A DNA stretch of 33,486 bases from an uncultured bacterium (GTDB lineage: Bacteria > AUK180), in assembly GCA_937863565.1 (NCBI GenBank), contig CALMGJ010000003.1:1-33486 (forward strand), written 5' to 3'. The translations under genes and the position numbers were made by a program. The stretch's first letter is position 1. Every line of letters starts with the position of its first letter. The notes under the pieces were generated by a model, which made no database searches, had not been told where the DNA came from, and saw only the letters and a program-made list of their open reading frames with translations. Shown one piece after another: positions 10,101 through 16,968 of this stretch.

Positions 10101-11396
10101 TTCATCAGCGATCTTATGCTCCAAACGGAGCGTTCAAAGATATCCGCACCCGATAGCGCAAAGATCTATTTGAAAAAAAAGAAGAGTATGGAGGATTATT
10201 TCCTGTCTTTGAGCGGCTTTCTTTCCGTTACCGATCTGAGCCGCCTTCTTCCCGGGCTCTTTTCTTCGGGAAAGGGGAATTTCGAGTTCTCCATGACGCT
10301 TCGGCCTTATGCCGAAGTGCCCGTTGTGGGAAGAATGGCCGTCGACGGGCAATCCTCCCTGAAGGAAGGTTTCGATAATATTAAAGCTGAGAATTTCACT
10401 TTTCAGATCGATGATGAAGGGAGTATCACGCATGCAGGCAAGATCATTATAGCGGGGAACCCCGTATCGATAAGAAAAAGCGGAGATTCTGCAATCGATT
10501 TCGAATTCTCCGAATTCACGAGGTTCAGTCTTTCCTCTATCGGACTTTCGACTTTTGTGAAGGGGAAAGTGACCGTTGACCTTGAGAAAGGCATATCAGT
10601 GGCCTCTTCAGGACTTTATGCAAAAGAAGGTTTTCTCCGCTATGACCCTTTCCAACGGCAGGGTGGCGCGGGTTTATTGCCGGTCTCTTTGGATCTCAAT
10701 GTCTCTTTCGAAGAAGTGAGACTGATGAATTCCTTCTATTCAGGATTGATATCGGGAGAGGCAATGATCACCGGCGAAGTGCCCGATGTGCTGTTCGAGG
10801 GGAAGGTGAATTCCTCAGAAGGTCAATTGAAGTTCTTCGGAAGGGATTTTAATGTGGAGAACGCCAATCTCACTCTCGGAGATAACCCCCGGATCAATGT
10901 GAACGCCTCGGGAACTTTTAGTTTCGACAGGCAGTATTTCGTCACAATCAATATCTTCGGAGATCCGTTTAATCCGCAAATGGCCATTTCTTCCAATCCC
11001 GAGATGAACACGGACGAACTTAAAGGAAAACTTTTCTCGGAAGGCTCTATCGCGACCGGGCTCGATATCCTGATCTCGAAATATTCAGGACCGTCGGGGG
11101 GATTCATAGGCAGGATATCCTTCATGCTTCAAAAATACGTGCAATTCTCGGGGTTCAACGTGAAGATATCGAATCCTCTTCTCGGCGGAACGGAAACCGA
11201 TATAAGCGTCGGGATAACAGGCCACCTGGACAGGTTCTCCTTGGATACGAAACTGGCTTTCTTCAAATATAACGATTCTTATAAATTCTCTCCGGAGTTC
11301 AATATCGGCTTTAAGGTCAATAAAAACCTCGAATTGGACCTCAATGTGGGCGGCAAGGATTCGAAGATCGTTTTTGCACCTACGATAAGGTTTTAG
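7071..11396 (+). CDS. TamB/AsmA-like translocation-assembly or lipid-bridge protein (start may be TTG 7092)
   Basis: N-terminal TM anchor followed by about 1400 aa of Gly-rich amphipathic beta-strands. The C-terminal region (GQLKFFGRDF...NPRINVNA...IFGDPFNPQMAISSNP) resembles the TamB C-terminal domain. Confidence 0.75.
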   Translation: MRRSASLLKRHKALGILILAVLVVVFLWLVLCALVPVHLKKKYGITYQSIHLNFKGVLHLDNAVYDTEAFRLEAGYVSASLFEALAGKPSLNIGQGRLTVKDLKSISGPRASGIAALTAHDISIIVRGRDIGSFNAVLSGEELSGTYAGPFFKASFSLSGNKVKAESINFPLLKNFKAEYNLKEEKGEMEAGPWRAGFRKSGDGFLVEGEGIDLEAGARTIRIRELAYKDFSMTGEADIEKKEYRGVIRNSKSKSITFTGTPEGVKAFSETGAQILYLNKNTVAADLFLKDIIPSPFNAYLKLSGDPAKKIDIALNNITYEGENIESLKGILDAGKKTLNLSNEPGNINIFSRLDKYEATIEIRSYDINYLAALIRRVSGLALGSGVISYAFIVLRASGDHSVTAELEGLDIAGLRDIRVTIEKGQPEAQFALTAFYRDAVLKGRFDEKGLKGRLSGHYSSGAFRVEFTDIAAEMNRDGLVFLDMNPLQIKMDRYTADVSGKMYYKNSTLIFDHVRFLDGDFHGTMDLHKNSKIDSRIDLSVLDKNLPSGVAISIGKRQEHFFILLDHDILKCDLIFKKTVEINGLMFKKDGITAAFDGTFGNGVLSGESAVKGEHFEVSGNIFLKAEEKEGTFFVHNLRLPGNEFNDSYVNFRLSGDIAFTGALGAGILFSGTWSRGKYFINASLDAAVIDLGEKGIWKISGSALLNNRDAPELTCDISGESSGFEASGQTIGQFSFNTVFRYAAGVLNLNFFYIDGVNLRTYGKGIYKSAKEMKFLFNSFAYRKENFSLTLSGEVDIFGGIRYLDIRDIKLVSGGTLALKRLLWTAGPSGAFSAESLVLNLFGQKIGGDIKGNIGNGIFSGEHKDLFIGGTAYAGGPVSVEPKGKGRFIINIKETVKKALMPIIEANVRFSGDEVLVDDLYFHREKGSLFARGTLGGNISLYLKLEDFPLRSKQPFFSCDILAGGEINAGGSFLRPDIFFDISSEKGSVNELKYKECRFRGRIADNILFISDLMLQTERSKISAPDSAKIYLKKKKSMEDYFLSLSGFLSVTDLSRLLPGLFSSGKGNFEFSMTLRPYAEVPVVGRMAVDGQSSLKEGFDNIKAENFTFQIDDEGSITHAGKIIIAGNPVSIRKSGDSAIDFEFSEFTRFSLSSIGLSTFVKGKVTVDLEKGISVASSGLYAKEGFLRYDPFQRQGGAGLLPVSLDLNVSFEEVRLMNSFYSGLISGEAMITGEVPDVLFEGKVNSSEGQLKFFGRDFNVENANLTLGDNPRINVNASGTFSFDRQYFVTINIFGDPFNPQMAISSNPEMNTDELKGKLFSEGSIATGLDILISKYSGPSGGFIGRISFMLQKYVQFSGFNVKISNPLLGGTETDISVGITGHLDRFSLDTKLAFFKYNDSYKFSPEFNIGFKVNKNLELDLNVGGKDSKIVFAPTIRF

Positions 11397-11480
11397 CACA
11401 ATAATGTTCAGTGCCGCCGGATGTAAATCATTTAATAAAGGGATTATGACGGTGGCATATTAATTGCACAAATAGTTAAG

Positions 11481-13553
11481 ATGAAAAGTTCTCTGGCGAT
11501 AGTCCTTACCGTCCTTTTGGTTTTGCCGGCCTCGCCGACCTTCTTCAACTATCCTTCGGATATGATGAATATCCCTACAACGAGGATACTGGGGAATCTC
11601 AATTACCATATGGGACTTTCGATGCTTATGGCTACAACGCCTTACGGCTATAAATTCAATACGGACTGGTTCGAAGAGGATGCTTCATTCTCTATGGGCC
11701 TTCATATACCTTGGAACCGTCTGAAGATCGAATTCACCTGGGTCCAATTCACGATGGTGCAGGGCCTGGGGCAGTACGGAACGGCACAGATCAAACTCAG
11801 GATCTTTGACGATCCTTTTGAACGCTTCTCAAAAGAATTCCTTGCAGACAATCCAAGGCTCAGGATCCTGCCGTCAATTGCTTTCGGGATCAGGAACATT
11901 GCCTCCAACAGCTTCAGATATATAACACCTACCGGGAATGATGCCGACTACATCACCAACAATTCATTCTTTATCGTATTCTCTAAATACCTTTCCTACA
12001 GGGACAATTCGAACATGATGCTGACATTCGGCCTCGGAGGAAGAGAATTCGTGGGAAGCGGGAAGATGCGGAATGCCGGGTTCTTTTTCGGCCTTGAACA
12101 GTCCTTCTTCCTCGAAGGCGGGAATTATTTACGGTTCTTTACGGAGTACTCTTCACAAGGTATCGCATTCGGCGGCGTCCTGAAGCAGCACAGGCTGTTC
12201 GCGAAGATAGGACTTCAGAACCTTCAGACCGTTTTCAATTCGCTGAAGGAGAACCGGGGCGTTGAAATTAACGTTGGGATCGGATATGAGGATTCCTTCA
12301 ATCCTGTTTTTAAATTGCTGAAACCCTCTAGCAACAAAACGAAAAAATACAAGATCATCCCCGACATCTTCGTTGACAGAAGGGTGATCCCCGAAAGGAG
12401 ACTTATGTTCGCCGTGCCGTCCTATGTCAGCGAGGCGGACCTGCCTGCTCCGATATACACTGCGGGGGAAACGGTCGAAGAAGAGGTCAAGGTCGTTAAA
12501 AAGGATACCGGACTTCAGCTTAAGATGAAACCGATCCTGTTCGCTTCAAATTCCGCCAGGATCCTTTCCGAATCTTATGCCGTTCTGGATAAGATCGTTG
12601 CCGTGTTGAACGAATATCCCGATTATGCGGTGATCATCGAGGGGCATACCGATACTCTCGGTTCCATGCATTCCAATTTCTCTCTTTCGAAGAACCGCGC
12701 GGAAGCGGTGAAATCGTACATACTGAAAAAACTTAAAAAACCGTCGGCGGACAGCATTTATACCTTCGGTTTTGCTTCAAAGGTCCCCATCGCTTCCAAC
12801 TCTACCGACCTGGGAAGGAAACTCAATAAAAGAGTGGACTTCTACCTTTTCGAGAAGAGCAATATAGGATCGGAAGTAGAATCAAGGAATGGGAAAGAGA
12901 AAGAGATAAGCGATGAATTGAACAGATTGGCCCTTGCCGTCCCGAAGGAAAAACCCGGGGAAGAGCCGGTACCTCCCGTTGAAGAGAAACCGAAAGAGAC
13001 TCCGAAAAAAGAAGTGACGCCGGCGCCCGAGGAAAAGCCGTCCGCTTCATTCGAGGACATGCTGAAGGAAAAAGTCGCCGCAAATCAGTTGCCCGAGGCG
13101 ATAAAGATGCTCGAGGAGAAGATCGGATCGGAAAAGAGCATGGTACAGAAGCTTAAACTCAAAAAAGAACTTAACGGGATATACTATAAGCATGCCAATG
13201 ATCTTATTAACGCGAAAGACATCGCGGGAGCCTCCAAGTATTTCGAACTTACCAAAGAGGTCCCGAACTCCAAGGAATACGAGGAGTCATATTACATCCT
13301 CGGGCAGATAGAATACAATAAGGAGAATTACCAGAAATCGATAGATTATTTCAAAAAAGTTCTTGAGAACTATAAGTACATAGATGCCAAAGTATACGAC
13401 AATGATGACGAAGCAGTGTTCAAGATCATAGCATGCTTTATAAAACTCAATAATATCAGTGCGGCGAAAAGCCTTCTTGAGGCCTTCCCGAACAACTATC
13501 CTGAAAGCCCTCTAAACGAGAAGGTCAAGGTCCTTTCCGATAAGCTCAAATGA
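11481..13553 (+). CDS. Outer-membrane protein: N-terminal barrel-like domain, OmpA peptidoglycan-binding domain, Pro/Glu linker, C-terminal TPR (CpoB/BamD-like)
   Basis: Signal peptide; OmpA motifs ILFASNS, EGHTDTLG, LSKNRAEAV, NKRVDF; PE/PK-rich linker; TPR helices YYILGQIEY...YPESP. Confidence 0.85.
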   Translation: MKSSLAIVLTVLLVLPASPTFFNYPSDMMNIPTTRILGNLNYHMGLSMLMATTPYGYKFNTDWFEEDASFSMGLHIPWNRLKIEFTWVQFTMVQGLGQYGTAQIKLRIFDDPFERFSKEFLADNPRLRILPSIAFGIRNIASNSFRYITPTGNDADYITNNSFFIVFSKYLSYRDNSNMMLTFGLGGREFVGSGKMRNAGFFFGLEQSFFLEGGNYLRFFTEYSSQGIAFGGVLKQHRLFAKIGLQNLQTVFNSLKENRGVEINVGIGYEDSFNPVFKLLKPSSNKTKKYKIIPDIFVDRRVIPERRLMFAVPSYVSEADLPAPIYTAGETVEEEVKVVKKDTGLQLKMKPILFASNSARILSESYAVLDKIVAVLNEYPDYAVIIEGHTDTLGSMHSNFSLSKNRAEAVKSYILKKLKKPSADSIYTFGFASKVPIASNSTDLGRKLNKRVDFYLFEKSNIGSEVESRNGKEKEISDELNRLALAVPKEKPGEEPVPPVEEKPKETPKKEVTPAPEEKPSASFEDMLKEKVAANQLPEAIKMLEEKIGSEKSMVQKLKLKKELNGIYYKHANDLINAKDIAGASKYFELTKEVPNSKEYEESYYILGQIEYNKENYQKSIDYFKKVLENYKYIDAKVYDNDDEAVFKIIACFIKLNNISAAKSLLEAFPNNYPESPLNEKVKVLSDKLK

Positions 13554-13810
13554 AAAGGTTCAGAAAAAGATCCGATATCCTTGAGAGGGATGAACATGGC
13601 GTGATGGTACTGTATGATCCGGCTACCGGTATCCCGTATTCGCTCGAGGGTTCGGCAAGGGAAATATGGAAACTGCTGGAGCGCGGGATGACTGTAGAGG
13701 AGGTCCTGGAGAAACTCGAGGAACGGTTCGAGAAGGATCCTTCCATGAGAAGGGACATCGAGGAATTTCTCGCAGATTGCGTTAAAGAGGGTCTTGCGGA
13801 TGTATTTTAG
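13550..13810 (+). CDS. PqqD-family RiPP recognition element (RRE)
   Basis: 86 aa; VLYDPATG..YSLEGSAREIWKLL, TVEEV...L.ERF, DIEEFL..C.KEGL; sits next to a radical SAM gene. Confidence 0.9.
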   Translation: MKRFRKRSDILERDEHGVMVLYDPATGIPYSLEGSAREIWKLLERGMTVEEVLEKLEERFEKDPSMRRDIEEFLADCVKEGLADVF

Positions 13811-14789
13811 CTCCCCCTTCGAGCTTTATGTTGATCTTACGGGAAAATGCAATCTCAACTGCGATTTCTGTATGCGGAAGTGGAAATACTACACCGGCCA
13901 TAAAGATGACGGAAGGATTGTCCAGGCCCTTGCCGAGGAGATCGTAAAAAATGACATCCCGGGCATCGTGATAACTGGAGGGGAACCTTTTCTCGCCCCG
14001 GGTATATTCGAGTTCATAATATTCCTTAAATCGTATAAAAAGAAGATCAAGATTACAACAAACGGGACTCTCGTGAACGGCAATACGGCGGATTTTTTAA
14101 AAAAATACGGCGTTAACGAAGTGCAGGTCTCTATTCACGCATCATATGCCCGGCTTGGCGATGCGATGAACGGCGTCAGAGGATCTCACGCTAAAACCGC
14201 CGCGGCTCTTGATATCATGCTTGAGAAAAACATCAATGTGACTACGAAGACCACGGTCACGGCCCGCAATATCCGCGATATTCCCGCCCTCTGTAAAATG
14301 CTTTCCTCAAAGGGGATAAAGAAAATGAAATTCAGCGAGGTTTTCCAGATGGGCTCGGCATTCCGGAAGAACATGAAACCTTCAGCGGCGGAGCTGAAAA
14401 AACTTGCCGCGTTCTTCGATAATCTTGACGATGAAAGGGTCATTTTCCAGAGCGAAACGCTGAACGCGCTCAAGAACAAGTTCGCCGCGGTCTGCTCTCT
14501 GGGCGACAAATACGCGACCACGATGGAGATCCTTGCCGACGGTACCGTCCTCCCGTGCGCTTACGCCGTGGTTTTCGAAGAAGGGCTCAATATTTTCAAA
14601 ACAGGCCTGAAAGGAGCCTGGGAAGCATTAACGGATTACAAAAAATACAATACACTGCCCGATGAATGCATCGGTTGCCCCGGCGCATCAGCTTGCTCAG
14701 GCGGATGCCCGGCACGGGCACGCATATATAAAACCGCGAAGGACCCCCTTTGCCCCGTAGGAAAGAAGAATGAAAAAGAAATGGTCTAA
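13794..14789 (+). CDS. Radical SAM/SPASM-domain peptide maturase
   Basis: CNLNCDFC (CxxxCxxC), TGGEPF, TTNGT; SPASM cysteines C-SLG...GTVLPC...CIGC-x5-C-SGGC...DPLC. Confidence 0.92.
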   Translation: MRMYFSSPFELYVDLTGKCNLNCDFCMRKWKYYTGHKDDGRIVQALAEEIVKNDIPGIVITGGEPFLAPGIFEFIIFLKSYKKKIKITTNGTLVNGNTADFLKKYGVNEVQVSIHASYARLGDAMNGVRGSHAKTAAALDIMLEKNINVTTKTTVTARNIRDIPALCKMLSSKGIKKMKFSEVFQMGSAFRKNMKPSAAELKKLAAFFDNLDDERVIFQSETLNALKNKFAAVCSLGDKYATTMEILADGTVLPCAYAVVFEEGLNIFKTGLKGAWEALTDYKKYNTLPDECIGCPGASACSGGCPARARIYKTAKDPLCPVGKKNEKEMV

Positions 14790-14916
14790 ACCTAAGATCA
14801 AAAAGGTCGCAGTTTCGGTGCGATGCAATCCTGCACGCCCTCAGTTCATAACCTGTGATGCGCTAAACCCGCAAACGGCCACTAGTTGCACGAAGAACAA
14901 GATCGGCCTGTCATGA
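14770..14916 (+). CDS. Putative RiPP precursor peptide, 48 aa (MKKKWSKPKIKKVAVSVRCNPARPQFITCDALNPQTATSCTKNKIGLS)
   Basis: Hand-translated and below the ORF-track cutoff. Purine-rich AGGAAAG lies upstream, it overlaps the rSAM end by 20 nt, and it has a WxxPxI leader motif and three Cys in the core. Confidence 0.75.
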   Translation: MKKKWSKPKIKKVAVSVRCNPARPQFITCDALNPQTATSCTKNKIGLS

Positions 14917-14921
14917 CCCGG

Positions 14922-15836
14922 TTAACGCTTTAAAGCGGCTATCTCCTCTTTACACAGGGCAATTCCGGGGGAATAATCCACCGCAACGGCATTCCTTAAA
15001 GCTATTTTCAGAAAGCATACGGCCTTCCCGGATTTCCCCGCCCGTCCGTATGCATTGCCGAGATTTCTTGCGCACACATAAAGACCGAACAGGTTACCGG
15101 TCGGCAGGACCGTCTCATAAGCTTTCTTTAAACATCTCAGCGATTTAATATTCTCGCCTGTTCTTATATACAATTGACCGAGATTATTAAGGCTCATCGC
15201 CAGTCCGTTATTGTCGCCGACAGATGTTTTGATCTTCAAAGACTCCTTGTAAGCTCTCTCCGCCGGGCCGTGCTGCCCGTTGCGGGCATAGAAAGTCCCG
15301 AGTTCGTTCTTTACATTGGCGATATGAACAAGAAGGCGGTTCCGTACTGCGATCTTCAGCGTCTCATTAAGATGTTCCATGCATTTACCGTCCTCGTTCA
15401 GTTCCTTATATAATATGGCCGCATTGCAGTGCATTACGCACAACGAATCAGCCTCGGATGTCCCTTTGTAAATATCAAGCGCTTTAAGATAGTATTGTAA
15501 AGCATCTTTTCTCCTGTTCTCAAGATTCCGAAGCGAGCTTCCCAAAACGGCATATGCCAAAGCCAGGCTAAGCTTCAGATCCGATCTTTTGGCATACGGG
15601 ATCGCTCTTTTCGCGTAAGCCGCCGCTCTGGTTTTAAGACCCATAAGATTATAAAGGTTCGCAATTGCAAGGCGAGCATCAATATATCCTGCAGCATCTC
15701 CCGATGAACGCGTCAATCTGCACAGATGAGCCGAATCTCTGACCGCATTATTGAAATCACCGAGATGACGGTATACTTCTCCCCTCAATTTCAATGCGTC
15801 ATGGAATAAGGCTTTTGCAATATTCAAGGAATTCAT
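14922..15836 (-). CDS. Tetratricopeptide-repeat protein
   Basis: Repeated TPR helices (LRGEVYRHLGDFNNA, ALQYYLKALDI, NELGTFYARNG...AYKESLKI, SLNNLGQLY, NLGNAYGRAG). Confidence 0.88.
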   Translation of the reverse strand: MNSLNIAKALFHDALKLRGEVYRHLGDFNNAVRDSAHLCRLTRSSGDAAGYIDARLAIANLYNLMGLKTRAAAYAKRAIPYAKRSDLKLSLALAYAVLGSSLRNLENRRKDALQYYLKALDIYKGTSEADSLCVMHCNAAILYKELNEDGKCMEHLNETLKIAVRNRLLVHIANVKNELGTFYARNGQHGPAERAYKESLKIKTSVGDNNGLAMSLNNLGQLYIRTGENIKSLRCLKKAYETVLPTGNLFGLYVCARNLGNAYGRAGKSGKAVCFLKIALRNAVAVDYSPGIALCKEEIAALKR

Positions 15837-15853
15837 CTTCTTCTCATGAACAT
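15833..15853 (-). CDS. Putative leaderless uORF MFMRRR coupled to the TPR gene
   Basis: The minus strand reads ATG TTC ATG AGA AGA AGA TGA. The stop overlaps the TPR start (ATGA) and the ATG lies 6 nt after TATAAT. Confidence 0.45.
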   Translation of the reverse strand: MFMRRR

Positions 15854-15859
15854 AAGGGC

Positions 15860-15888
15860 ATTATAGCAAAGAAGAGCGAAAATGGGAA
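15860..15888 (-). promoter_or_regulatory. Extended -10 promoter for the TPR gene
   Basis: Minus strand TTCCCA (15888-15883), 17-nt spacer ending in TGC, then TATAAT (15865-15860). Confidence 0.7.
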
Positions 15889-15946
15889 ATGACATGATAC
15901 GGAGGAGCCCATATGTGAAAATAATCACAGTAATTGAGTATTGCCT

Positions 15947-15974
15947 TTGAGTATTTTTTTAAATAATGTATAAT
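15947..15974 (+). promoter_or_regulatory. Probable promoter of PorV-cargo cassette 1
   Basis: TTGAGT (15947-15952), 16-nt spacer, TATAAT (15969-15974); SD AGGAGGT at 16021-16027. Confidence 0.55.
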
Positions 15975-16030
15975 GAACCCGTGAGAAGAAAAAAAATCTA
16001 TATAATTATTCATACTGATAAGGAGGTAAC

Positions 16031-16957
16031 ATGAAGAAGTGTTTTCTCATCATCGGGATCATTGTGATCTCTGCTGCATTATTTTCCGCAACGACGGCCG
16101 GGACGGCCGCGGCTGCATTTTTGAAGATAGGGGTCGGCGCGAAGCCGTCAGCCCTCGGGGATGCGTACATAGGGATAGCGGACGACCAGAATGCGGTTCT
16201 ACTGAACCCCGGCGGATTATGCTTTCTGGAGAAGGGGATCGTCTCGTTCACTCATCTGAACTGGATAGCTGACACGAACATAAACAGCCTGACGGCCGTA
16301 TACGGACTGAAGGGCATAGGGACATTCGGCCTGACCTGGGAGAACCTCAATTACGGGGTGATACAGGGCACGAACGAACTTGGCGAGGAAACGGAGGAGT
16401 TCACGCCTCAGGATACTCTTTTCACGCTTGCGTACGGCAGGCAGATGGGAGAGAGCCTCGGCGTCGGTTTGAACCTGAAGTACATCTCGTCGGTGATACA
16501 GGATTACAGCGCCGGGACGGTGGCGTTCGACATAGGGCTTCTGTATAAGACGGAGCTTGCGGGCAAACCTGTGAAGGCGGGCTTATCGGTCCGCAATGTC
16601 GGAGGGAAGATGACCTATGATGTGGAGGGCGATTCTCTTCCGATGTATTTCGGTATCGGGGCGAGCTATGTGGTCCTTTCGACGGACACGAACAATGTGA
16701 TGGCGGCATTGGACATAGGCAAGGCGTCTGATACGGACCTGAGGTTCAATATCGGGGCGCAGTACAGCTTCAAGGATTTCCTTGCGATCAGACTGGGATA
16801 CAAACTCGGCGATTATGATGTTGAGGGCTTCTCGGGCGGCTTGGGCGCGGGCTATACGCTTTCCAACGGGATGAGGCTTGCGCTTGATTATGCCTACGGC
16901 TCCACATCGAGCGAGTTCAGCGATGTCCACAGGATATCGTTCTCGTTCTTGTTCTGA
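16031..16957 (+). CDS. PorV/PorQ-family (FadL-like, UPF0164) outer-membrane beta-barrel, copy 1
   Basis: Signal peptide; FLKIGVGAKPSALGDAY; NPGGL; AFDIG; RLGY; LDYAY; C-terminal HRISFSFLF. Confidence 0.88.
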   Translation: MKKCFLIIGIIVISAALFSATTAGTAAAAFLKIGVGAKPSALGDAYIGIADDQNAVLLNPGGLCFLEKGIVSFTHLNWIADTNINSLTAVYGLKGIGTFGLTWENLNYGVIQGTNELGEETEEFTPQDTLFTLAYGRQMGESLGVGLNLKYISSVIQDYSAGTVAFDIGLLYKTELAGKPVKAGLSVRNVGGKMTYDVEGDSLPMYFGIGASYVVLSTDTNNVMAALDIGKASDTDLRFNIGAQYSFKDFLAIRLGYKLGDYDVEGFSGGLGAGYTLSNGMRLALDYAYGSTSSEFSDVHRISFSFLF

Positions 16958-16958
16958 G
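16071..16958 (+). repeat. 888-bp near-identical direct repeat, copy 1
   Basis: Matches 22268-23155 (offset 6197). The only difference seen is the synonymous 16093 G vs 22290 A. Confidence 0.93.
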
Positions 16959-16968
16959 GACATGATCT

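Noticed and set aside
13550-14916. PQQ, mycofactocin or lasso peptide locus
   Set aside because: No pqqB/pqqC, mft genes, lasso cyclase or B2 protease; the peptide lacks ExxxY and the mycofactocin C-terminus.
16006-16963. Minus-strand ORFs repeated at 22167-23166
   Set aside because: They recur only because the PorV DNA is duplicated.
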